Origin: Bacteroidales bacterium
GTDB taxonomy: Bacteria; Bacteroidota; Bacteroidia; Bacteroidales; PUMT01
Length of the DNA: 64,000 bases
NCBI GenBank assembly: GCA_007132715.1
Contig: SLOE01000050.1
Coordinates: forward strand, 4,640 to 68,639
Direction of reading: 5' to 3'
Positions 8,695-17,821 of the stretch are shown here, in pieces (position 1 is the first letter of the stretch; the number at the start of each line of letters is the position of its first letter). Below the pieces are notes generated by a model that saw only the letters and a list, made by a program, of their open reading frames with translations, ran no database searches and had not been told where the DNA came from. The translations under genes were made by a program, and so were the position numbers.

Positions 8695-9573
8695 ATGGAA
8701 AAGGAAACAGATAATAAAAAGCCGGTGGTCGCGGTGCTGGGGACGGGACTGATAGGATGCTCCATGGCTGACGGACTGAGAAATTGGGCCGGGGAGATTA
8801 TCGGCGTGGACAACAATACTGCCCACCTTGAAGAGGCGCTCGGCCGCGGATGGATTGACCGGAGCCTGCCGGCCGGAGAGGCCGTGAGGATAGCCGGACT
8901 GGTAATCATTGCCATGCCCGTGGATGCAACGGTAAGGATGCTGCCGGGAGTTCTCGACAATGCAGGCGATGCGGTGGTGATAGATGCCGGATCGGTAAAG
9001 GGCGCCGTGTGCCGTTCGGTTGAGGGGCACCGGTTCAGGGACAGGTTTGTGGCTGCCCACCCGATGGCAGGCCTTGCCGTTTCAGGTCCCGGAGCCTCCG
9101 ATGCCATGATATTCAGGAACAGAAAGGTGGTCATATGCGAGCGGGAGCGGTCCTCTGAAAAAGCGCTGGAAACCTGCATGGAGGTGTTCGGACGGCTGAA
9201 GATGGAACCGGTGTTCATGGACCCGCTGTTCCATGATCAGTGCGTTGCCCGGGTGTCCCACCTGCCGCAGGTGGTTGCCTATTGCCTGTCGGCTATCACT
9301 GCCGAGGAGAGTTCATTGCGCGACAGCATGCTCAAAATCGCCTCGTCGGGATTTGAATCGGCCACCCGGCTCTCATCCAGTCCCGCCGGCATGTGGCTTC
9401 CGATATTCAGGCACAACGCCGAAAACATTACCGGCAGCATTGACGAGATGATCAGGTACCTGTCAACCGTTAAGCAGATGATAGGAGCGGGCGAATGGGA
9501 AGCGCTGGGAGTATTTGTTGAAGAGGCCAATGATTCAAGGAAAAAATTTATGTCAGCATACAAAAACCGTTAA
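8695..9573 (+). CDS. tyrA: Prephenate dehydrogenase
   Basis: 292-aa ORF with an N-terminal Rossmann motif VAVLGTGLIGCSMA, plus HPMAG and VSHLPQ, which are typical of prephenate/arogenate dehydrogenases. Confidence 0.9.
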   Translation: MEKETDNKKPVVAVLGTGLIGCSMADGLRNWAGEIIGVDNNTAHLEEALGRGWIDRSLPAGEAVRIAGLVIIAMPVDATVRMLPGVLDNAGDAVVIDAGSVKGAVCRSVEGHRFRDRFVAAHPMAGLAVSGPGASDAMIFRNRKVVICERERSSEKALETCMEVFGRLKMEPVFMDPLFHDQCVARVSHLPQVVAYCLSAITAEESSLRDSMLKIASSGFESATRLSSSPAGMWLPIFRHNAENITGSIDEMIRYLSTVKQMIGAGEWEALGVFVEEANDSRKKFMSAYKNR

Positions 9574-9574
9574 C

Positions 9575-10852
9575 ATGGATAATTTACAAGAATTGAGCAA
9601 AAGCGGGAATGAAGGAGAGGGTGCCCGAACGCTAGTTTCTGGTGGCCGGGATGAAATGTCCCCTGCTGCGGGCCGAAACGAAATGCAGAGTGCTGCCGCC
9701 CGGATTGAAGCAGGCGGCAATGCCTCCCGGCCGGAAAAAGCCGGTGAGCAGGCGAAAGGAACCTGCATAATTGAAGCCCCTGACGGCACATACGCCGGTG
9801 AACCCGGAGTCAAGATGATAATTGCCGGACCGTGCAGTGCCGAGTCGCCTGAGCAGCTCCTGGAAACGGCAAGGGCGCTGCAGCAGTGCGGCAATGTTGA
9901 TTATTTCAGGGCTGGATTGTGGAAGCCCCGTACCTCGCCCGACTCCTTCCAGGGAGTTGGTGAAAGGGGACTTGACTGGCTGGAGACTGTAAGGAAGGAG
10001 ACAGGCATAAAGGTGGCGACCGAGATTGCCTGCGAGAAGCATGTTGCCGCGGCCCTTAAGCATAACATCGACCTGTTGTGGCTGGGGGCCAGGACCGTAA
10101 GCAATCCTTTCGTGGTGCAGGATATTGCCGATGCGCTGCGGGGGACCGATATACCCGTACTGGTCAAAAATCCTCTCAACCCTGATATTGAACTATGGTA
10201 CGGCGCCATCAACCGCCTTCTTAAAGCCGGTGTAAAAGAGGTTGGTGCAATTCACCGCGGCTTTTCGGTATGGGGCAATCATATGTACCGTAACCAGCCC
10301 ATTTGGCGCATTCCCGCCGAACTCAGTGAGCGGATGCCCGGAATTACCATAGTGTGCGACCCGAGCCACATAGCGGGTAAAAGCAGCCTGGTGCCACTCG
10401 TGGCCGAAAGGGCGCTTGAGCATGGGGTTGGGGGACTGATGGTGGAGGTGCATCCCGACCCGCCCTCGGCAATGAGCGATGCCTCCCAGCAGCTTACACC
10501 TGCCGCTTTTGCCTCAATGATGAAGGAGCTGGACCTCGACAGGAAGGGATGTTGCAAAGATGCACCGGAACTTATTGATGAGCTCAGCTCAGAGATGGAT
10601 ATGGTGGATGAGCTGCTGGTTCATGCCATTGCCAGCAGGATGGAGCTTTCGCGGAAGATAGAGAGAATGGGACATGCAGGATCATCAAAGCCGTCCGCAG
10701 CCGAAAAGTCCGCCACCGGCGAACGTCTTGCCAACCTTGCAACGGGAGACGGACTGCGTCCCGGTTTTATCAGCAGGCTCTTCGGCGAGATAACCAGGGA
10801 GTCGGGAAAGCTCAAATATTCCGTTAGTACCGGTTTTAAAAACCGGATATAA
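9575..10852 (+). CDS. Bifunctional 3-deoxy-7-phosphoheptulonate (DAHP) synthase (class I-beta) / chorismate mutase type II-like C-terminal domain
   Basis: IIAGPCSAES, FRAGLWKPRTSP and CDPSH are DAHPS/KDOPS-type motifs, and the C-terminal helical segment resembles chorismate mutase. The ORF is open from 9515. I prefer the ATG at 9575, one base after the tyrA stop. There is an unusual low-complexity N-terminal extension of about 80 aa. Confidence 0.85.
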   Translation: MDNLQELSKSGNEGEGARTLVSGGRDEMSPAAGRNEMQSAAARIEAGGNASRPEKAGEQAKGTCIIEAPDGTYAGEPGVKMIIAGPCSAESPEQLLETARALQQCGNVDYFRAGLWKPRTSPDSFQGVGERGLDWLETVRKETGIKVATEIACEKHVAAALKHNIDLLWLGARTVSNPFVVQDIADALRGTDIPVLVKNPLNPDIELWYGAINRLLKAGVKEVGAIHRGFSVWGNHMYRNQPIWRIPAELSERMPGITIVCDPSHIAGKSSLVPLVAERALEHGVGGLMVEVHPDPPSAMSDASQQLTPAAFASMMKELDLDRKGCCKDAPELIDELSSEMDMVDELLVHAIASRMELSRKIERMGHAGSSKPSAAEKSATGERLANLATGDGLRPGFISRLFGEITRESGKLKYSVSTGFKNRI

Positions 10853-11015
10853 CGATTACCTTTAAGGTTGATTTTTTTTACCGGTTTTGTGTTGCAGTAG
10901 TAAAAAATTCGCTAAAATCGGACTATCCTCCCGTGTAAGAGATGGCTTTAGCTTAGTACTCGGGTTTTCAAGTGAAACTGAATCCTGCTGCAATGCCGGA
11001 AAATAAGCTTATTGT

Positions 11016-12044
11016 ATGAAAAGAACAACCGTAGACCTTCACAGCCGTAAATCGGAAGTCCTCGTCGGGGAGTGCCTCGGCAACCTGGGTAAATATATTG
11101 ACGGAAGGCAGAACTTCATAATAACCGACAAAAACCTCGACAAACTATACAGGAAGCAGTTCCCTCGCACACCAGTCTATGTTGTTGAACCCGGTGAAAA
11201 GAGTAAGAGCCTGGAGACGGTGGCCGCCATATGCCGGTGGCTGCTTGAGCAGGGAGCTGACAGGAGCTCGTTCATCACGGGCATTGGCGGCGGTGTGGTA
11301 TGCGACCTGGCAGGGTTTGTGGCTTCCACCTACATGAGGGGTATTGGCTTCGGTTTTGTCGCGACCAGCCTGCTGGCGCAGGTGGATGCATCGATAGGAG
11401 GCAAGAACGGGGTTAACCTTGACGGCTACAAGAACATAATCGGCACCTTCACCCAGCCTGAGTTCGTCATTTGCGATGTCGATATGCTTCTTACCCTTCC
11501 TGAAAACGAATTTGTATGCGGCATGTCCGAGGTGATCAAGCATGCGCTGATAGAGGACAGAGACCATTTCGAACACCTCTGGAATTACAGTACCAGGATA
11601 CTGAGCAAAGACAGAAACGAGATGGAGCAGATAGTGACCCATTCGGTTGCTATCAAAGCTGCTGTGGTGGAGAGGGACGAACGCGAGCAGGGGGAGAGGC
11701 GGAAGCTTAACCTGGGGCATACCTGGGGGCACGCGGTTGAGACCGTGGCGGGCCTGCCGCACGGCGAGGCGGTGGCGGTGGGACTTGCTTTTGCGGCGGG
11801 ACTCTCGGTCAGTCGAGGTTCACTTACGGAGGAGGAGAGGGAGAGGATCATCAGGCTGCTCGGCATGTATGACCTGCCGGTGGAAACACAGGCCAGACCG
11901 GCTGACATATTCGATGTGCTGGTAAAGGACAAGAAACGGGAGGCGGGAGCGTTATGGTTCATACTGATGAACGGAATAGGAAATGTATCGATAGAGGCTA
12001 TAGGAACAGACGAACTTAAAAATTATGCTCTCAATGATACCTGA
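11016..12044 (+). CDS. aroB: 3-dehydroquinate synthase
   Basis: 342-aa ORF with GGGVVCDLAGFVASTYMRG and LLAQVDASIGGKNGVNL. Confidence 0.95.
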   Translation: MKRTTVDLHSRKSEVLVGECLGNLGKYIDGRQNFIITDKNLDKLYRKQFPRTPVYVVEPGEKSKSLETVAAICRWLLEQGADRSSFITGIGGGVVCDLAGFVASTYMRGIGFGFVATSLLAQVDASIGGKNGVNLDGYKNIIGTFTQPEFVICDVDMLLTLPENEFVCGMSEVIKHALIEDRDHFEHLWNYSTRILSKDRNEMEQIVTHSVAIKAAVVERDEREQGERRKLNLGHTWGHAVETVAGLPHGEAVAVGLAFAAGLSVSRGSLTEEERERIIRLLGMYDLPVETQARPADIFDVLVKDKKREAGALWFILMNGIGNVSIEAIGTDELKNYALNDT

Positions 12045-12690
12045 ATTCAAAGTGTGCGTTTGCATTGGCAACGTTCCCTTCGATGCCGTACCCGGCATTC
12101 TCGAAAAAGTGGAGATGGCGGAGATACGGCTTGACCTTGCCGAATTTGACGAGGCACAGATGAGGTCGGTTTTTGAAAGCCATCCCAACCTCATTGCCAC
12201 CTGCCGCGAGGGTAAGCATGATGACGCCGCCAGGGAGAGAGTTCTGAAAAGTGCAATAGAATACGGGGCCGCCTGGGTCGACATCGAGGACGATGCCTCA
12301 GTCGAATGGAAGGAGCGTATGATGGCAGTGGTTAAGGAGAGCCATGCGCGGCTTATCCTGTCGCGTCATTACTTTACCCACACACCCCCGGCCGGTGAGT
12401 TACGCACAATAGCCGGAAAGATGTTCGGCAGCGGCGCCGATGTTGCAAAGCTGGCCTGCCAGGTGAACAGCCCGGCAGAGGCTGCGGCCATACTTGGCTT
12501 GTATGAAGGTTTTGAAAATCTGGTGGCAATAGGCATGGGTCCCCTGGGCGTGATAACAAGGCTGGCAGCCCCTTTCCTGGGCGCACCCTTCACTTTTGCC
12601 GCATTCGGCGATAACCTGCCCACTGCCGCCGGACAGATCGAGTACAGCGAGATAACCTCTCTCATAGAAAGAATATCTGCATATGGTTGA
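12025..12690 (+). CDS. aroD: 3-dehydroquinate dehydratase, type I
   Basis: 221-aa ORF. AEIRLDL and GADVAKLA (Schiff-base lysine region) are type I DHQase-like. It overlaps aroB by 20 nt. Confidence 0.88.
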   Translation: MLSMIPEFKVCVCIGNVPFDAVPGILEKVEMAEIRLDLAEFDEAQMRSVFESHPNLIATCREGKHDDAARERVLKSAIEYGAAWVDIEDDASVEWKERMMAVVKESHARLILSRHYFTHTPPAGELRTIAGKMFGSGADVAKLACQVNSPAEAAAILGLYEGFENLVAIGMGPLGVITRLAAPFLGAPFTFAAFGDNLPTAAGQIEYSEITSLIERISAYG

Positions 12691-13720
12691 CGGGAACAGC
12701 CGCCCACGGCCGGAAAGAAGAGGCGACGGTTACTATGCCGTTTTCGGTAACCCCGTGCTTCACAGCAGGAGTCCCCAGCTCTATAACTCCATGTTCACCC
12801 TCCATGGCATAGATGCCTTCTATACCCGGATACTGACATACTCGGCCGGCAGGGTGTGTGCACTGATAAGGGGTATGGGACTGGCAGGGGGAAATGTCAC
12901 CACCCCTTTCAAGGATGAGGTGGTAAGCTGCCTTGACAGCCTGTCGCCCGATGCGGAGCTTATTGGTGCTGTCAACACGATAGTCAGCCGGAACGGAGTG
13001 CTGGCAGGTTACAATACCGATGGCACGGGAGTTACCGGCGCTCTTCTTGAGGCGGGTCATGATCCGGCAGGGAAGAGATGCATGGTGCTGGGCGCCGGCG
13101 GTGCAGGGAGGGCTGCTGCAGTTGGACTGGTACGGGCGGGGGGCGACGTTGTTATAGTGAACAGGAACGTTGGGAGGATCGCCGGTTTTGCAGGGAAGCT
13201 GGGTTGCAGAATTGCTGAGCCCGGAGATGCTGATCAGCTCTCTGCTGATCAGGGCGTAAGGAGTGTGCGGTCAGGCAGTAGTGATTTTTATACCGGCGAG
13301 TATGACATAATCGTTATTACCCTTCCCCCGGGTGTTTTCAGCGTCGACTCTAAAGATCTCCACGAAAAGCAGGTAATTGTCGATGCCAACTACAGGCCCG
13401 GCGGAGAAGCGGGAAAAGCGGGAGAAGCGGGAGATAGCGGACTGCCCTGCCAGGTGGTGAAGGGCGACAGGTGGCTGCTGCACCAGGCAACGGAAGCTTA
13501 CAGGCTGTTTACGGGAATGGATGCGAATACCGTCGTGATGGACAAGGCGATGGCACATGTGCCCGCACCTGACGATATTGTTACGGCGGCCATTGAAGAT
13601 GGACGACGGACTGCGGCGGAATACGGACGGCCCGGCCTGCTTGTCGATGCCGCAGGATATGATGCCGGGGAGTTTAAAAAGATAACTGATGAAGAAAAGA
13701 ACAGGGCCTTCGGCCATTGA
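12683..13720 (+). CDS. aroE: Shikimate dehydrogenase, with low-complexity insertions and a C-terminal extension
   Basis: The ORF has YAVFGNPVLHSRSPQLYNSMF, NVTTPFK, NTDG and LGAGGAGRA. At 345 aa it is longer than usual for AroE. Confidence 0.9.
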   Translation: MVDGNSRPRPERRGDGYYAVFGNPVLHSRSPQLYNSMFTLHGIDAFYTRILTYSAGRVCALIRGMGLAGGNVTTPFKDEVVSCLDSLSPDAELIGAVNTIVSRNGVLAGYNTDGTGVTGALLEAGHDPAGKRCMVLGAGGAGRAAAVGLVRAGGDVVIVNRNVGRIAGFAGKLGCRIAEPGDADQLSADQGVRSVRSGSSDFYTGEYDIIVITLPPGVFSVDSKDLHEKQVIVDANYRPGGEAGKAGEAGDSGLPCQVVKGDRWLLHQATEAYRLFTGMDANTVVMDKAMAHVPAPDDIVTAAIEDGRRTAAEYGRPGLLVDAAGYDAGEFKKITDEEKNRAFGH

Positions 13721-15170
13721 GGGGAGGATACAGGCCCCTCCTTCGAAGAGCTATGCCCAGAGGGCTATTGCTGTGGCCGCGATGGCTGAGGGGCGTTCGG
13801 TGATCCTGTCACCGGGTGACTCCGATGATGTGGTGGCTGCGGTAAATGTTGTGCGCCAGCTTGGCGCCAGGGTGGAAAAATGGCCTTTGAAGTCCGGTAC
13901 CCCAGGGTGCGCTGATGCCGGTAAGGTATCTGCCGGTAAACGGGGCAGGGCTGAAGAACGGGGAACAGAAATTGATCAGGGAACCGGTTCAGAACGCAAT
14001 GCTGAAGTGATGGAAGACAGTTCTGTTGCCAGTGGAGACCGGGGAGTAGAGCAGGGGAGTTCTGTTGCCGGTGGTGGTCAGGGAGTGGTGGAGAGGAGAT
14101 CGGCTTCCGGTACCGGACAGGGAGTGGATGAGGGACTGGTTGTTTGGGGGAGTTTGCAACGGCCGGATGGTGTGCTGGATTGCGGTGAGGCGGGTCTTAG
14201 CGTCAGGATGTTCTCGGCGGTGGCCTCCCTGTTTGACAGTCCCGTAACGCTTACCGGACGTGGATCACTGCTGAAAAGGCCGATGGTGGTTATTGAGGAA
14301 TCGCTCCGGGCACTGGGTGTTGAGTGCACCACTGTCAACGGCTGCCTGCCGGTTACAGTGCGGGGCCCCTTGCCCGGCGGAAAAGCTGTGATCGACGGTT
14401 CTTTCAGCTCACAGGTGCTCACGGGCATACTTATTGCCTCACCGTATGCCGCATCCGATGTCACCCTGCAGGTAAAGGACCTTAAGAGCCGGCCATATAT
14501 AGACATGACCCTCAGGGTGATGGCGGCTTTCGGTGTGGAGGTCGGAAACAGGGGCTATTCGGAGTTCCTTATAAGGCACGGGCAGAGATACCTCCCACGT
14601 GAGTACAGGGTGGAGGGGGACTGGAGCGGTGCTGCCTTCCTGCTCGTTGCTGGCGCAACAGGCGGAAGCGTGACCGTTGAAAACCTTGACACCGCTTCGC
14701 CGCAGGCGGACAGGGCCATTGTCGATGCCCTGGGTATGGCCGGGGCGAATGTTGCCTGCGGTGCCTCAGAGGTGACGGTATCGCGCGGCAACCTGAAGGC
14801 TTTTGAGTTTGATGCCACCGACTGCCCCGATCTTTTTCCTCCCCTTGTCAGCCTGGCAGCCTGTTGCGAGGGTACTACCTCCATAAGGGGGGCAGGAAGG
14901 CTTCTTCACAAGGAGAGCAACCGCGCGGCAACGCTAAGCAGGGAGTTTGCGAAGCTGGGTGTTGAAGTGGAGGTGACCGGCGATATAATGAGAATTAAAG
15001 GAGGCGGTTGCATTGGTGGCACTGTGGAGTCGCACGGCGACCACCGAATAGCAATGGCCTGTGCCGTAGCGGCGGTGGCAGCAAAGGGGGAGGTGATGAT
15101 AGAGGATGCAGGGGCCGTGGCAAAATCCTATCCCCTCTTTTTTGAGGACCTGGAGAGATTGAGACGTTGA
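13689..15170 (+). CDS. aroA: 3-phosphoshikimate 1-carboxyvinyltransferase (EPSP synthase) with an internal Gly/Ser/Glu-rich insertion of about 85 aa
   Basis: The ORF has QAPPSKSYAQRA, LDCGEAGLSVRMF, HKESNR and GDHRIAMA. The insertion lies at about nt 13884-14135. Confidence 0.93.
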   Translation: MKKRTGPSAIEGRIQAPPSKSYAQRAIAVAAMAEGRSVILSPGDSDDVVAAVNVVRQLGARVEKWPLKSGTPGCADAGKVSAGKRGRAEERGTEIDQGTGSERNAEVMEDSSVASGDRGVEQGSSVAGGGQGVVERRSASGTGQGVDEGLVVWGSLQRPDGVLDCGEAGLSVRMFSAVASLFDSPVTLTGRGSLLKRPMVVIEESLRALGVECTTVNGCLPVTVRGPLPGGKAVIDGSFSSQVLTGILIASPYAASDVTLQVKDLKSRPYIDMTLRVMAAFGVEVGNRGYSEFLIRHGQRYLPREYRVEGDWSGAAFLLVAGATGGSVTVENLDTASPQADRAIVDALGMAGANVACGASEVTVSRGNLKAFEFDATDCPDLFPPLVSLAACCEGTTSIRGAGRLLHKESNRAATLSREFAKLGVEVEVTGDIMRIKGGGCIGGTVESHGDHRIAMACAVAAVAAKGEVMIEDAGAVAKSYPLFFEDLERLRR

Positions 15171-15211
15171 TATTGACAAATACAATACTTTCAAGTGAAA
15201 ACTGATAAGAT

Positions 15212-16225
15212 ATGAACAGTACAGGAAGGATATTCAGAATAAGCCTGTTTGGCGAATCGCACGGCGTAGCCATTGGAGTGACCATAGACGGCTGTCCCCC
15301 GGGAGTTCCGCTTTCGGCCGGTGATTTTGCCGCCGACCTTGGCAGGCGCCGTCCGGGAAGGGCGGGAACCACCCCGAGGGTGGAGGAGGACCTCCCGGAG
15401 ATAGTTTCCGGCCATTTTAACGGCCACACTACAGGTGCACCGCTAACCATAATGTTCAGGAATAAAAACATCAAACCGGGCGATTATGATGCCCTTAAAC
15501 GTACGCCGCGCCCGGGCCATTCCGATTTCGTGGCGTGGAAGAGGTTCGGAGGCTTCAATGATCACAGGGGCGGCGGACATTTCTCGGGCCGTCTCACACT
15601 TTGCCTGGTGGCGGCCGGGGTGGTTGCGAAAAAGCTGCTGGAGGGGATAGATATAGCTGCCCGGCTGTTCAGCGCAGGCGGGGATGAGGATATTGACCGG
15701 GCGGTAAAAGCCGCCATGGAAGCCGGTGATTCGGTGGGCGGCATCGTCGAATGCCGGACAACCGGCATACCTGTCGGTTGGGGAGAACCTTTCTTCGATT
15801 CGGTTGAGTCGGTAATAGCCCACATGGCATTTGCCATTCCCGCAATAAAGGGAGTTGAGTTCGGGTCGGGCTTTACCGCCGCATCGATGAGGGGCAGCAG
15901 CCACAACGATCCCATAGTGGATGAGACGGGGCGGACCGCGACGAATAATGCGGGCGGGATAAGCGGGGGTCTCACAAACGGGAATGAGCTTGTATTCAGG
16001 ATTGCAGTGAAGCCTACCTCCAGCATCTCGGTGGGCCAGTCCACTTACAGCATCGAATCGGGAAAAATTGAGGAGCTGAAGGTAAAGGGGCGTCACGATG
16101 CATGCATCGCCCTCCGCGTGCCGGTGGTTCTGGAGGCGATAACCGCCGTGGCGCTGGCCGACCTGAAGATGATGGCCGAAAGCCGGCCTCCCCAAAAAAT
16201 AGTTATCAACAATGGTGCAAAATGA
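15212..16225 (+). CDS. aroC: Chorismate synthase
   Basis: 337-aa ORF with FRISLFGESHGVAIGVTIDGCPPG, GRRRPGR and RHDACI. Confidence 0.95.
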   Translation: MNSTGRIFRISLFGESHGVAIGVTIDGCPPGVPLSAGDFAADLGRRRPGRAGTTPRVEEDLPEIVSGHFNGHTTGAPLTIMFRNKNIKPGDYDALKRTPRPGHSDFVAWKRFGGFNDHRGGGHFSGRLTLCLVAAGVVAKKLLEGIDIAARLFSAGGDEDIDRAVKAAMEAGDSVGGIVECRTTGIPVGWGEPFFDSVESVIAHMAFAIPAIKGVEFGSGFTAASMRGSSHNDPIVDETGRTATNNAGGISGGLTNGNELVFRIAVKPTSSISVGQSTYSIESGKIEELKVKGRHDACIALRVPVVLEAITAVALADLKMMAESRPPQKIVINNGAK

Positions 16226-16306
16226 TAATATTTGTGTTATTGTTGCAGTTATTCCACTGTTTAATATGACGTCAGAACTTGTATTAACCTAACCCTAAAA
16301 CAACTC

Positions 16307-16753
16307 ATGAGAATTCTTTTTTTGTTGCTGGTTTTTGCAACTACACTGATGGCCTGCAGGTCGGGCAGGGATATGGCTGCTGTAGATCCCCCGCCGCCCC
16401 CGCCGGTTCGTGAACCCGTTGTGGTAGATCCTGAACCGGAACCCGAGCCGGAACCCGAGATACCTGTGCTTGAAGAGAAATTTGATTTTGAGAGAGAAGA
16501 GGACAGGGTAACCCAGGAGGTTAACCGATATTTTGTCATACTGGGCAGTTTCAGGGTGCATGACAATGCAAACCGTTTCAAGTCCGCCCTCGAACAGGAG
16601 GGTTTTAACCCGGTAATTCTTTTGTCGGAGACGGGGTTTAACAGGGTCTCGGTCGATTCATACACCAGTGAGGCGGACGCAAGGCAGAGGGTAATGCAGA
16701 TACGAAGGTCCTTCCCCCAGTACCATGACGCCTGGCTGCTGATCAGGCGCTGA
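16307..16753 (+). CDS. SPOR-domain lipoprotein with a Pro/Glu-rich linker
   Basis: Signal peptide plus lipobox (LMAC), a PPPPPP...PEPEPEPEPE linker, and a C-terminal SPOR-like fold (YFVILGSFRVHDNANRF...GFNRVSVDSYTSEADA). Confidence 0.8.
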   Translation: MRILFLLLVFATTLMACRSGRDMAAVDPPPPPPVREPVVVDPEPEPEPEPEIPVLEEKFDFEREEDRVTQEVNRYFVILGSFRVHDNANRFKSALEQEGFNPVILLSETGFNRVSVDSYTSEADARQRVMQIRRSFPQYHDAWLLIRR

Positions 16754-16788
16754 ACAGGCTTTAATGTAAGCAGCAATAACGCATCTCC

Positions 16789-17817
16789 TCAGAAGGCTTT
16801 CGCCCCGGCAGAGGTGAGGCAGGAGCACAGGTCGTAAATGCTTGTGAACCTGGAAGTGCTGCCTTGCATCATTAATTTCCATGTTCTAGTCCCGCCTTCT
16901 ATATCGATGCTGACAGTGGCCCCGCACTCTTCATTTTCAGCTACCCTGAAACCGTTCCTTTCCAGGGCATTCCTTGTCCACCGCCGCTCCGTTGCTGGTC
17001 CCCGAAGACCTATGATTTCCCTCAGTTCCCGCTTTATCCGGAATTCGCCCTTTCCCGTGCTAAAGGAGAGGTTCGTATTTTCGAACATCCTGCCGAACTG
17101 ATCGTCAAGGATCAGGTCTTCCGGTGCCCCCTGGCAAATCTGGCCCGGCAGCATAAGCCATATTTTTGTGGCTTCCTGAATAGCTATGCTCAGATCGTGC
17201 GTGGAGAATATTATTGTCCGTCCCTTCTCAGCCGCAAGCCGGTGAAGAAGGTGAACAATCCCGTACTTGTTTGGAAGGTCTAGGAATGCGGTAGGTTCGT
17301 CGAGCACTATTATACCCGTATCCTGGGCCAGGGTGCGCGCAATCATGGCCCTTTGCCTCTCTCCGTCACTCAGCTGGTCAATGTTCTTGCCGGCCAGCCG
17401 TGATATTCCCACCATATCAAGTGCCTCGTCAACCTTAATATAGTCCTGCTCCCCGAGTCTCCCCAGCCAGCCCGTATGAGGATAGCGGCCCAGCGACACC
17501 AGGTCGCGGACTTTCAGGTTGTTCACCCGTACCGGTTCGGTCGAAACGAAGCCGACCATCCTGGCGATCTGGTTTGCCGGGTAGCTCCTTATATCAGAAC
17601 CGGATAAATATATATTCCCCGAAAGGGGGGAAAGCAGCCTGACAATACTGCGAAGCAGGGTACTCTTACCTATCCCGTTGGGTCCGAACAGAGCTACCAG
17701 CTCTGACCGGCGTGCATCAACGGTGATGCCTCCGAATACTGTGCCGGAGGATTCCCGGGCTCCCCTGTATCCCACGGACAGGTTCTCGGTATGCAGAACA
17801 GGTAGCTGGTCGCCCAT
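16789..17817 (-). CDS. ABC transporter ATP-binding protein (FecE/BtuD family) with a C-terminal extension of about 90 aa
   Basis: Walker A GPNGIGKST, signature LSDGERQR, Walker B IIVLDEPTAFLD. It lies downstream of the permease in the riboswitch-led cluster. Confidence 0.9.
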   Translation of the reverse strand: MGDQLPVLHTENLSVGYRGARESSGTVFGGITVDARRSELVALFGPNGIGKSTLLRSIVRLLSPLSGNIYLSGSDIRSYPANQIARMVGFVSTEPVRVNNLKVRDLVSLGRYPHTGWLGRLGEQDYIKVDEALDMVGISRLAGKNIDQLSDGERQRAMIARTLAQDTGIIVLDEPTAFLDLPNKYGIVHLLHRLAAEKGRTIIFSTHDLSIAIQEATKIWLMLPGQICQGAPEDLILDDQFGRMFENTNLSFSTGKGEFRIKRELREIIGLRGPATERRWTRNALERNGFRVAENEECGATVSIDIEGGTRTWKLMMQGSTSRFTSIYDLCSCLTSAGAKAF

Positions 17818-17821
17818 AGTA

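Noticed and set aside
8590-9218. Minus-strand ORFs of 156 and 196 aa that overlap the aro attenuator and tyrA
   Set aside because: They are antisense to prephenate dehydrogenase. Their translations are low-complexity (Pro/Ser/Ala-rich), and they would run through the terminator hairpin.
9515-9574. Upstream ATG at 9515 as the start of the DAHP synthase/CM gene
   Set aside because: It would overlap tyrA by 59 nt. The ATG at 9575, one base after the tyrA stop, is a more economical choice. The true start remains uncertain because the whole N-terminal extension is low-complexity.
12683-13720. Hidden shikimate kinase domain in the extended AroE, to account for the missing aroK
   Set aside because: No P-loop (GxxGxGKS/T) occurs in the N- or C-terminal extensions. 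The tail is Ala/Asp/Gly-rich with no kinase motifs.
16380-16460. GAACCGGAACCCGAG tandem DNA repeats
   Set aside because: They are explained by the in-frame PEPEPEPE linker of the SPOR lipoprotein and are not an independent element.
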